This document shows, in pieces, positions 9,634-18,223 of a DNA stretch of 45,467 bases (position 1 is its first letter; each line of letters starts with the position of its first letter). The stretch is from positions 1 through 45,467 of the forward strand of contig DASPXS010000185.1 of NCBI GenBank assembly GCA_035637175.1. Reading direction: 5' to 3'. This DNA comes from Haliangiales bacterium. GTDB lineage: Bacteria; Verrucomicrobiota; Verrucomicrobiia; Limisphaerales; AV2. The translations under genes and the position numbers were made by a program. The notes beneath the pieces are model-generated. The model ran no database searches, was not told the DNA's origin, and saw only the letters and a list, made by a program, of their open reading frames with translations.

Positions 9634-11043
9634 CTAGATATCGGTCACTCGGCCTGTGGAATCACCGTGGCGTTCCACGCCGGTTACTCCCAGCCGGTCC
9701 GCCAGGCTCAGGAGCAAGTTGCTCATCGGCACGCCGCCGAATTTCACGTAACGCCCCCCCGCCAACGTTCCGCCGCCGCCGCCGGCGAGGATGACGGGCA
9801 GGTTGACGTGCGTGTGGCGGTTGCCGTCGGCGTTGCCGCTGCCGTACACGATCATCGAATTCTGCAACAGCGAGCCGCCATGCACGTCCTCCGTCTGTTC
9901 CAACTTTTCCAGGAACCTGGCGAATTGTTTCATGTACCACAGGTCGATTTCCGCCACCTTCTCGATCATCTCCTGTTTGTTGCGATGATGGGTCAGGAAG
10001 TGATGGCCTTCGGCAATGCCGATCTCGGGGAAGGCGCGGTTGCTGCCCTCATTGGCGAGCAGGAAGGTCGCGATTCGCGTGGAATCGGTCTGGAACGCCA
10101 GGATCATCATATCATACATGATCTGGAGATACTCTTCGAAGCTGGGCGGGATGCCGGCGGGCGTCTCCACCGTGGGATCGGGCGTCGCGCCGAATTGTTC
10201 GGCCTTCTCGATGCGCCGTTCGATTTCGCGCACGCTGCCGAGATACTCGTCGAGCTTCTGCTTGTCACGGGAGACCAGTTGGCGTTGCAGCGAGCGGGCG
10301 TCATCGAGCACAAAATCGAGAATGGACCGCTGCTGCTGCTGGCGGCGCCGGAGGCTGTCCCGGCGCTCACCAGGTCCGCCGGCACCGAAGAGCCTTTCGA
10401 AGAGGAGACGCGGGTTGGGTTCGGGCGCCACGGGCTGGGTGGGCGAGCGCCAGGAGAGATTGTATTGGTAAGCGCAGGAATAGCCGGAATCGCAGTTGCC
10501 GGATTTCCTGACGGCGTCGCAGGTCAGTTCCAGCGACGGGAACCGCGTGAGATGCCCGACCTGGTTGGCCGCGATCTGGTCGATGGAAATGCCGGCATGA
10601 ATGTCCGCGCCGGCGGTCTTCTTGACACGGACGCCGGTGAGGAAGGTCCCACTGGCGCGCGCGTGGTCGCCAGCGCCGTCCGGTCCCGGGGTTGCGTTTA
10701 CGTGGTCCAGGCCCGAAAGGACTTGCAAACGGTGCTTCACATTCTCCAGCGGCCGCATCGAGCGGTTCAACGCGAAATCGTCTTCTTCGCAGTCGGGCCA
10801 CCAGTTTGCTGGAATAGCTCCGTTCGGGAAATAGACGAATGCCATCCGGAGTGGTGACCCGGTCGGTGTCGAAGCCATCTGCGCGGTTTTGCCGGCATCG
10901 GCTGCGAACGCCCGGAATGGTCGGAGGGATTCGAAGGCCGGCAGCGCCAGGCAGGCGCCGAGGCCGCGGAGGAAATGACGCCGGCTGAGGCTGGCGTATC
11001 GTTGAGCGGCGGTTTCCCGGGCGAGCGGAGCGTTCATTTTCAT
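9634..11043 (-). CDS. DUF1552 domain protein (TAT-exported)
   Basis: 469 aa. TAT leader SRRHFLRGLGACLALPAFES. Body typical of DUF1552 (FVYFPNG...,...HHFLTHH...). ATGA overlap with the upstream DUF1592 gene at 11040-11043. Confidence 0.88.
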   Translation of the reverse strand: MKMNAPLARETAAQRYASLSRRHFLRGLGACLALPAFESLRPFRAFAADAGKTAQMASTPTGSPLRMAFVYFPNGAIPANWWPDCEEDDFALNRSMRPLENVKHRLQVLSGLDHVNATPGPDGAGDHARASGTFLTGVRVKKTAGADIHAGISIDQIAANQVGHLTRFPSLELTCDAVRKSGNCDSGYSCAYQYNLSWRSPTQPVAPEPNPRLLFERLFGAGGPGERRDSLRRRQQQQRSILDFVLDDARSLQRQLVSRDKQKLDEYLGSVREIERRIEKAEQFGATPDPTVETPAGIPPSFEEYLQIMYDMMILAFQTDSTRIATFLLANEGSNRAFPEIGIAEGHHFLTHHRNKQEMIEKVAEIDLWYMKQFARFLEKLEQTEDVHGGSLLQNSMIVYGSGNADGNRHTHVNLPVILAGGGGGTLAGGRYVKFGGVPMSNLLLSLADRLGVTGVERHGDSTGRVTDI

Positions 11044-13625
11044 GGCGTTATTCTGGCTTGGGCATCAATAGCTGATGACGGCCCTGGAGCGGTGTCGGTT
11101 ACGGCCGAAAGATTCCGCCGCTTCTGAAACGGCGTCGATTCAATAATTCCCATCAACAGGGCGGAGAACCGTCCGTTTTCCCGGTCGAGTCGAGCGACAA
11201 TCTGGTCCACGGTCTCCACGTCGTAATACTCCAGACCACGTCCCAACGCATAGGTAAGCAGCTTTTCGGTCAGGCAGCGATAAAATTCGAGGCGATGTTC
11301 GCTCCGCAGGATTCGCTTCAACTCGCGGATGTCGTCGAATGATTCACCGGTGATCAATTTCCCGGCGGCGTCAATCGGTTGACCGCGCTCTTTCTCCCGC
11401 CACATCCCCATGGCGTTGAAGTTCTCCAGGGCCAGGCCCAGCGGGTCCATGCGGGAGTGGCAGGAACTGCACAACGGTTTGTGGCGGTGCAGTTCCAGGA
11501 TCTCCCGCAGGGTTGGTTCACGGTCTTTGAACTGTTTTTCAGCCTCCTCCAGCAGCGGGACATCCGGCGGAGGGGGCGCGGTGGGCGCTCCCAGAATGTT
11601 GTCCAGCAGAAAGAGACCTCGTTTCACCGGTGAGGTTCGGGTTGGGTTCGAGGTCACCACTAGGATGCTGCCCTGGGTCAACAGGCCGCCGCGGGGACTG
11701 TCCGCCGGCAACGTGACGCGGCGCATTTCGTTCCCACGCACCTCCGGAATGCCGTAATGCTTTGCCAGTCGCTCGTTCAAAAATGTGTAGTCACCGTCGA
11801 TCATCTCCATCACACTGCGGTCCTCGCGCACGATGTAGCCGAAAAACTGCTCGGTCTCCTGCCGCATGGCGCGGCGCAACGGGCCGTCCAATTCGATCCC
11901 CGGACGGTTGAACCGTCGGCGTTGCTCGATCAACCGGTCGCGTTCGCGCTCCTCTTCCGGAGTGAGGTCCGACTTGGCCTGCAGTTCCTGAAGCCTCCGC
12001 CGAACGTCTTGCGCATCCCGGTCCTCGCCACGGTCCTTCTCCAGCACCACCCGCGCGTTAATGTCGATTCCTTCCACGTCGCGCACTTGAAGCCATTGCC
12101 CCGTGAAATTCTCGATCAATTCGTTGGCGCGCGGGTCGGCCAGCATTCTCTTGACCTGGGCAGCCAGGTTTTGCCTGAGTTCCCGGCGCGCGGCAAGACC
12201 GGACAGTTCGTCGTCGGGCATGGTGGACCAGAGGAAGTAGGACAGCCGCGACGCCAGGGCGTATTCGTCGAGGAGAGGATGCAATTGAGTGAGACGGCCC
12301 GGCGCGATTTCCTCCACACGAAACAAAAAGCGAGGCGAAGCCAGCACGGCGACCATCGCCTGCGCGATGCCTTCTTCGAATTTTTTGCCCGGTTGATGGT
12401 ACGCGTCCTCCGCGATGGCCGTCAAACGGTTCAGGGTCCGGTCGTCAACGGGACGGCGGAAAGCCTTCCTGGCAAAAGCGCCCAGCACTTCGCGCGCGTA
12501 CTGGCGGCGGTCCGGGTCTGACGCGGGAGGTTCCTCCCGGGGAAAGTAGCGTTCGTGGTTTTTTGTTCGGACCCAGTATTTTTTCTCCAGCGGCCCCTGA
12601 ACCTTCACCGTGAGGATTCGCAGATCGAGCGAGTTGATCTTTTGTTCGGGCGGGGTGAGCGGCTGGAGTTCGAAGGACATCCGATGTTCGCCGGCTTGCC
12701 ATTTTTCGTCGAACTCGAAGTGAAATCGTTTCTTGCTCTGCCACCCGTATTCCTGTCTGGTCAGTTCGCGGTCATCCGCTTTGAAGACCACAGTGCAGCG
12801 GCCGGGATCGAAATCAAACTGACCGGCCACCTCCAACTCCACCGCCAGGCGGTAGTCGCCGGCCTGCTCCACCCGGTGGGTGTGTGAGACCTTCGCTTCC
12901 CGGTAGAACGTCAACCGTTCGCCGTTGCCCTCGCCTTCCGGACCGCGGAACGCGCTTCCCGGCATGCTGCGCTCCGGGACGATCTTCGCCACCGTCGGCA
13001 CGGCCGCCGCCACGATCGTCTCGGCGGCTTGCATATACTTCTCCAGCAGCAGCGGTGAAACCGTGAGGACATCGCCGATGTTGTCGAAGCCGTACCCGGT
13101 GTCGTCCGGGGGGAACTCTTCGTCGGCTTTGAAGTCGAACCCCATCAGGTCGCGAATGGTGTTGCGATACTCGGTGCGATTGAGCCGACGGATCGTGACG
13201 CGACCGGGATCGGGGTCCGCGGGATCGATCCCGAAAGAGTCCTGTTTGATCCAATTTTCCAGCCGTTTCCTTTCCTCGGGGCCGGGGCGCGGCTTTCTTT
13301 CCGGCGGCATGATGCCGGCGCGCAGATTCTTCAGCACGGCGAGCCAGAGATCACGTTTGCCCAACAACTCATCGTCCGACTTGAACTCGTCGAAAGCCAC
13401 CTTTCCTTTATTCATCCCCTCGCCGTGGCAATCGTAACAATACTCGACGAGGATGGGCTGGACGTCCTTTCGAAAACGCGTCGCTGCGGGGTTATCGGCG
13501 GCCGAGAGCTGAGGACGCCAAAGCGCAAGCGCGAGCGGCGCGGCCATTCGCAGCCACGCCCGACAGCGGCCGGGTCCGGGCCGCTTCGGCCGATTTGCCC
13601 GCCAGTTCATGGGTTCAATGGCCAC
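11040..13625 (-). CDS. DUF1592/DUF1588/DUF1587/DUF1585-type protein with heme-c motifs (planctomycete-type cytochrome domain protein)
   Basis: 861 aa. N-terminal CYDCHG heme-binding motif in the context FRKDVQPILVEYCYDCHGEG. A second CSSCHSRMDPLG motif lies near the C-terminus. This is the usual partner of DUF1552. Confidence 0.88.
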   Translation of the reverse strand: MAIEPMNWRANRPKRPGPGRCRAWLRMAAPLALALWRPQLSAADNPAATRFRKDVQPILVEYCYDCHGEGMNKGKVAFDEFKSDDELLGKRDLWLAVLKNLRAGIMPPERKPRPGPEERKRLENWIKQDSFGIDPADPDPGRVTIRRLNRTEYRNTIRDLMGFDFKADEEFPPDDTGYGFDNIGDVLTVSPLLLEKYMQAAETIVAAAVPTVAKIVPERSMPGSAFRGPEGEGNGERLTFYREAKVSHTHRVEQAGDYRLAVELEVAGQFDFDPGRCTVVFKADDRELTRQEYGWQSKKRFHFEFDEKWQAGEHRMSFELQPLTPPEQKINSLDLRILTVKVQGPLEKKYWVRTKNHERYFPREEPPASDPDRRQYAREVLGAFARKAFRRPVDDRTLNRLTAIAEDAYHQPGKKFEEGIAQAMVAVLASPRFLFRVEEIAPGRLTQLHPLLDEYALASRLSYFLWSTMPDDELSGLAARRELRQNLAAQVKRMLADPRANELIENFTGQWLQVRDVEGIDINARVVLEKDRGEDRDAQDVRRRLQELQAKSDLTPEEERERDRLIEQRRRFNRPGIELDGPLRRAMRQETEQFFGYIVREDRSVMEMIDGDYTFLNERLAKHYGIPEVRGNEMRRVTLPADSPRGGLLTQGSILVVTSNPTRTSPVKRGLFLLDNILGAPTAPPPPDVPLLEEAEKQFKDREPTLREILELHRHKPLCSSCHSRMDPLGLALENFNAMGMWREKERGQPIDAAGKLITGESFDDIRELKRILRSEHRLEFYRCLTEKLLTYALGRGLEYYDVETVDQIVARLDRENGRFSALLMGIIESTPFQKRRNLSAVTDTAPGPSSAIDAQARITP

Positions 13626-13813
13626 GTGAAACCGCCCAATTCCAGCGGAAGATGCGCAAACAATTCTTCAAACAACTTGCTTTGTCCCTTCAGCCATGCA
13701 GTCCGGGACAATTACGGTAGTTTGCCGGAGAAAATCGTTTTGGCAATTCAAATCTGCCCGCCATCGGCGCCGGGTTTGTCCAGCCTCCGGTATCTTTGTT
13801 CCTGGAGGCCGCT

Positions 13814-15325
13814 CTATTTCTCCGCGAGACAATACAGGTGCTCGTGGCCGCGCAGGAACAGGTCCTTGCCCGCGATGGCCGGCGACGCGTCAAACTTTTC
13901 CTCGAGCCGATTCGTCGCGAGCAGCTCCAGTTTGTCGGACTGTTTGATGACGACAACCGAGCCATTGCGCCCGACCAGATAGACGCGGCCCGCCGCGCCC
14001 ACGGGCGAGGCAAAAACGCCCGGCAGGTCTTCGATCCGTTCGGCATCAATCAAGACGCGCCCCGATTGGGCGTCGAAGCAGGAGAGAATCCCGTTGTTGC
14101 CGGCGTGGAAATAAAGCTTGTCGCCGTAGAGCAGCGGTGAGGGCACATAAGGCGTGCTTTTGTTGTGGCTCCAGGCGATGGCGTCCGAGCCGGTGAGGTC
14201 GCCGCTGCGGCCCAGGCGAATCGCCAGCAGCGCATTTCCCTGGAAGCCACTCGTGCAGTAAACCATTTCATGGCCCGCGACCGGGGAGGGAATGACGTTG
14301 CGGGTCATTCCACCGCATTCCCACGCCAGCTTCCCCGTCGCCAGGTCGTAGGCGCGAATCCTGCCGCTGGCGCTGGTGACGACCTGGGCCACGCCCTTCT
14401 GCTCGACGACCAATGGTGTGCACCAGGACGTGCGTTCGTCGCGCGAAGTTTTCCAGATCGTTTTGCCGGTTTTTTTGTCCAGCGCGATGATGAACGAGTC
14501 ACCCTCGTTGTCCCAATTGACAAGAATGTTGTCCTGGTAAAGCGCGGGCGAACTGCCTTCGCCGAAACCCCTCGCAATGCGCAAGTCGCCGAAGTCCTGA
14601 CTCCATTGAAGCTTGCCCGTCATGTCGTAGCAATAGAGTCCGCGCGAGCCGAAGTAGGCGAAGACATGCTGGCCATCGGTGACCGGCGAAGGGGCGGCAA
14701 AGCTGCCCTCGGGATCTTTGTGTCCTTCGTGCGGCACCTCTTCGCGGGCGATCTGCTGCCACAACGTTTTACCGGTCTGCCGGTCGAGGCATAGCAGCAC
14801 GAATTGGAAATACTCGGTCGGCTTTTCCGAACCCATGCCGCGGCCGCCGCGACGGGGCCCTGAGGGATTATCCGCCGGCGCATCGGCGATCGATGGGGAA
14901 GCGGAATTCCCGGCGGGCGTCTCGGCCTTTTTCTTCGTGGCAATCGCGGTTTGAATGAAAACCTGGTCTTCCCACACGATGGGTGTGGCGGCGCCTTCGC
15001 CGGGGATTTTGACTTTCCATTTTACGTTCTTCGTCTCGCTCCATTCGGTGGGCGGGTCAGCCTGCGGCGCGACGCCGTTCTGGAGCGGTCCACGCCATTG
15101 TGGCCAGTATTGTTCGCCAGCAAACGACGCCGCCGGCCCGGTCCAAACACCAGGCAACAGTGCCAGACCAAATAGAGCAAGCACGGGCAGTCTCGGGGAC
15201 CGGGAGCGACGGAATTCCGGGCCCGTCGAACGCCGCAACAATCGGCGTTGCCCGCGGAGTGATAATCCAACATCAGGGGCGGCCTGAGGGGCCTTCATTC
15301 CAGAGTCGCGTAGTGGAGCACTCAT
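13814..15325 (-). CDS. PQQ-like beta-propeller repeat protein (secreted)
   Basis: WPQWRGPLQNGVAP start of the propeller, then repeated ...G.LY...dg.l.a.D..tGk..W... blades through to the C-terminus. The track ORF extends to 15484. I chose ATG 15325; 15298 is also possible. The start is uncertain. Confidence 0.8.
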   Translation of the reverse strand: MSAPLRDSGMKAPQAAPDVGLSLRGQRRLLRRSTGPEFRRSRSPRLPVLALFGLALLPGVWTGPAASFAGEQYWPQWRGPLQNGVAPQADPPTEWSETKNVKWKVKIPGEGAATPIVWEDQVFIQTAIATKKKAETPAGNSASPSIADAPADNPSGPRRGGRGMGSEKPTEYFQFVLLCLDRQTGKTLWQQIAREEVPHEGHKDPEGSFAAPSPVTDGQHVFAYFGSRGLYCYDMTGKLQWSQDFGDLRIARGFGEGSSPALYQDNILVNWDNEGDSFIIALDKKTGKTIWKTSRDERTSWCTPLVVEQKGVAQVVTSASGRIRAYDLATGKLAWECGGMTRNVIPSPVAGHEMVYCTSGFQGNALLAIRLGRSGDLTGSDAIAWSHNKSTPYVPSPLLYGDKLYFHAGNNGILSCFDAQSGRVLIDAERIEDLPGVFASPVGAAGRVYLVGRNGSVVVIKQSDKLELLATNRLEEKFDASPAIAGKDLFLRGHEHLYCLAEK

Positions 15326-15751
15326 TTTGATTTTTTTTGGGGTTCGTGACGGCAGCAATCCAGGGTCAAATTCCGATTTCCGGGGTGTTTCTGCAGCGCG
15401 CTCGATTAGGCTTTGTTGCCCCGCCAGCGGGAGGCGTCTCTTTTTCGGTGCGCGTCCACACCGGCAGACGTCGTTCCAACTCACGCCTCGTTCCGGATGT
15501 CCATCGTAAAGACCGGTGGGTGGGTGACTGGGTTACGCTCTTTTTTAGGTTCCATTCTTTGGCAATGGCGATACGATAGAGCCGCCGACATTTTGCCGGA
15601 AACGGGCTTTGTTGTTCGGGGATCTCCACGCTATGTTGAAGTATGACGTTAGCCCTGTTCCAACTGCCACGGCGCGCAAGACCTGCGCACAGCGTTGCGG
15701 TGCGCGCGCAAATTCTGCGCGAATCGGAGCCAAATGATGGGGAAAACGCGT

Positions 15752-15766
15752 TGGCACATCATCTGC
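15752..15766 (+). promoter_or_regulatory. Candidate sigma-54 (-24/-12) promoter TGGCAC-N5-CTGC
   Basis: TTGGCACATCATCTGCG has GG at 15753-15754 and GC at 15765-15766, exactly 10 nt apart as in the TGGCAC-N5-TTGC consensus. It sits about 83 nt upstream of the first ATG of the secretion cluster. An NtrC-type activator is encoded at 30230-31600. Confidence 0.5.
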
Positions 15767-15848
15767 GCACAGGAGGCGACGCAACGAACGGGGTCGCAAG
15801 ACCGCGCCTCTGTTATTCAACACAACCATCAGTTAATCGGAGATTATT

Positions 15849-16400
15849 ATGAATAAATTGAACCCTGTGCTGGCCCTTGCCGGCATCGCCGCGCTTCTGG
15901 CTTTAGGAACCGGCAATCTGGCAGCTCAGCAACGCCCGGGTGGAGGCAACTTCGATCCCGCGCAGTTCCGTCAACGCATGTTGGACAACACCCGCGAACG
16001 ACTCGAGGTCAAAAGCGACGACGAATGGAAAATCATTCAGCCGCGGGTCGAGAAAGTCATCGATGCCCGGCGCGACGTCGGGTTTGGCGGAGGGATGGGC
16101 ATGTTCGCCAGAGGCGGGGGCCGGCGCGGCGGTGACGGCGGCAACGCGGCCCAGGGCACGGGCGACAATCAGGGCGGTCGGCGTGGATTACGCGGCGGTG
16201 AAGCCAATCCGGAGGCGGAAGAATTGCAGAAGGCGATTGATTCGAACGCGTCGAGCGATGAAATAAAGGCGAAGCTGGCGAAGCTGCGCGAAGCGCGCAA
16301 AGAAAAAGAGGCCAAGCTGGCCAGCGCGCAGGAAGAACTCAAGAAAGTGTTATCCGTCAAACAAGAAGCGGCTGCGGTCCTGATGGGGCTCTTGCAGTAA
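15849..16400 (+). CDS. Hypothetical secreted protein with a central Gly/Arg-rich region and a C-terminal coiled coil
   Basis: GGAG 8-11 nt upstream of the ATG. Sec signal MNKLNPVLALAGIAALLALGTGNLAAQQ. G/R-rich core (GFGGGMGMFARGGGRRGGDGGNAAQGTGDNQGGRRGLRGGE). Lys/Glu-rich helical tail. No family recognised. Confidence 0.7.
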   Translation: MNKLNPVLALAGIAALLALGTGNLAAQQRPGGGNFDPAQFRQRMLDNTRERLEVKSDDEWKIIQPRVEKVIDARRDVGFGGGMGMFARGGGRRGGDGGNAAQGTGDNQGGRRGLRGGEANPEAEELQKAIDSNASSDEIKAKLAKLREARKEKEAKLASAQEELKKVLSVKQEAAAVLMGLLQ

Positions 16401-16451
16401 CCCACTCCTCCGGCAGGCATTCAAACGAATCCAGCGATTCGAATTCACTTC

Positions 16452-18215
16452 ATGAGCGAGATGGAAAATCAGGAATCGTCTCTGAAACAGTTGCTCGACC
16501 GCATGGTGGAAGCGAAGCAACTGTCTTCCCTGGATGCCGAGACCCTGGTGCGGCAGGGCCGCCAGGGGTCGGAGACGCCCCTGCAATCCGAGGAAGATGT
16601 CCTCCGGTGGGTGGCGAAGGAGTATGACGTCGCCTACACGGCGTTGGAGGAGATCGAACCGGATCGCCAGCTTCTTTCTTTGTTTCCTGCCCGCATTCTG
16701 CTCAAGGAGCAGTTGCTTCCGCTCAGACGAACCAACGGCACCGTCGAAGTCGCGACCAGCCGGCTCTTTGCAACCCAGGGACTGGACGCGCTCAAGACCA
16801 TGACGGGCCTGCGGCTCAAGCCGGTCCTGGCTCCCGCCGAGGCCATCGAGCGCGAGATGAAGAAACGACTCGGCGTCGGCGCGGACACCATCGATACGCT
16901 GGATGAAGAAGCGCCCTTTCAAGTGGTTGATGAAAACAAGGACGACACCAACCTGGACAGCGCCGCCGAAGACGCGTCGATCATCCGGTTCGTCAACCAG
17001 GTCTTGAAAGATGCGATCGAGCTGCGCGCCTCCGACATCCATCTCGAACCGTTCGAGGACGAACTGCGGATTCGTTACCGCATCGACGGTGTGCTGCAGG
17101 AGATTCCGGTGCCGGCGCAAGTGAAGCGGTTCCAACCGGCCATTGTTTCCCGCGTAAAAATATTGAGCCATCTCAACATCGCGGAAAAGCGGCTGCCCCA
17201 GGATGGCCGCATCAAAATCCGACTGGAAAGCAACGAAGTGGACATTCGCGTGTCGGTGATCCCGATGCTCCACGGCGAAGCAGTGGTGATGCGCCTGTTG
17301 CGCCAGAACGCGACCTTGCGCGGGATGAAAGAATTGGGCCTCAACACCCGCGAATTGGAGTGCTTTCGGCGCGTGCTCGAACTGCCTCACGGAATCGTCC
17401 TCGTGACCGGCCCCACCGGCAGCGGCAAGACTTCCACTCTTTACACCGCGCTCAACGAGATCAACGACTCGGTCCGCAAAATCATCACCATCGAAGATCC
17501 GGTCGAATACCAGCTCAGAGGCGTCAATCAGATTCAAATTTCCGAAAAGGCCGGCTTGACCTTCGCGCGCGGGTTGCGTTCGATCCTGCGCCATGACCCC
17601 GACGTGATCCTGATCGGCGAAATTCGCGACCAGGAGACGGCGCAAATTGCGGTGCAGGCATCGCTGACCGGCCATCTGGTTTTTTCCACGCTGCACACGA
17701 ACGATGCGCCCGGCGCCGTCACCCGGCTGATGGACATGGGCGTCGAGGCGTATCTCGTCGCTTCGTCACTTGAAGCCGTGCTCGCGCAACGTCTCGTGCG
17801 CGTGCTCTGCCGGCATTGCAAACAGGAAGACCGTTCACCAACGGCCGAAGCGTTTAAAGCGCAACTGGGCATCCCTGCCAACACGACGTTCTACCGTTCC
17901 GTCGGTTGCCGCGAATGCCGCAATACCGGCTTTTATGGCCGGCAGGCGATTTTCGAGTGGATGGACAGTGACAATGAAATTCGCCAGTTGATTTTGAAGA
18001 ACGCCTCGACGGACCAGATTCGCGACGCGGCCCGCCGCGCGGCGATGTGCACGCTGGCCGAAGACGGCTGGCGCCTCGTGCGGATGGGCATCACCACCGT
18101 CGAGGAAGTGCTCAGCGTGACCACCGCCAAAGAAGTGGCGCGCACCACGCGGAACGAATCACTCGACGGTGTCGCGGCGAACGAAACTCCAGCCGGCGTG
18201 GCGCTCAGCCGCTGA
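16452..18215 (+). CDS. gspE: Type II secretion ATPase GspE (GspE/PilB family)
   Basis: 587 aa. N-terminal T2SSE_N-type domain, Walker A GPTGSGKTST, Asp/His boxes, and a tetracysteine motif CRHC...CRECRNTGFYGR. Confidence 0.93.
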   Translation: MSEMENQESSLKQLLDRMVEAKQLSSLDAETLVRQGRQGSETPLQSEEDVLRWVAKEYDVAYTALEEIEPDRQLLSLFPARILLKEQLLPLRRTNGTVEVATSRLFATQGLDALKTMTGLRLKPVLAPAEAIEREMKKRLGVGADTIDTLDEEAPFQVVDENKDDTNLDSAAEDASIIRFVNQVLKDAIELRASDIHLEPFEDELRIRYRIDGVLQEIPVPAQVKRFQPAIVSRVKILSHLNIAEKRLPQDGRIKIRLESNEVDIRVSVIPMLHGEAVVMRLLRQNATLRGMKELGLNTRELECFRRVLELPHGIVLVTGPTGSGKTSTLYTALNEINDSVRKIITIEDPVEYQLRGVNQIQISEKAGLTFARGLRSILRHDPDVILIGEIRDQETAQIAVQASLTGHLVFSTLHTNDAPGAVTRLMDMGVEAYLVASSLEAVLAQRLVRVLCRHCKQEDRSPTAEAFKAQLGIPANTTFYRSVGCRECRNTGFYGRQAIFEWMDSDNEIRQLILKNASTDQIRDAARRAAMCTLAEDGWRLVRMGITTVEEVLSVTTAKEVARTTRNESLDGVAANETPAGVALSR

Positions 18216-18223
18216 TAATCAGG

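Noticed and set aside
16350-17696. Long antisense ORFs opposite well-supported genes: 16350..17696 (-) against gspE, 36364..38784 (-) against fadB/J, 9601..10857 (+) against DUF1552, 35462..36676 (-) against the thiolase, 41268..42371 (-) against korA, 144..1013 and 2157..3146 (+) against the RND gene, and 25422..26336, 28524..29750 and 17933..18952 (-).
   Set aside because: Their translations are Arg/Gly/Ala/His-rich with no motifs. This is the typical shadow-ORF pattern of GC-rich DNA, and the opposite strand carries clear family signatures in every case.
18047-18223. N-terminal extensions offered by the track for gspF (18047), gspH-like (19623), gspJ-like (20796), gspL-like (22930), korA (41205), korB (43114), fadB/J (36688), DLH (8845) and PQQ (15484).
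   Set aside because: The extensions overlap the preceding gene in another frame, are compositionally aberrant (Arg/His/Cys-rich), and precede internal ATGs that show RBS-like sequences or ATGA coupling.
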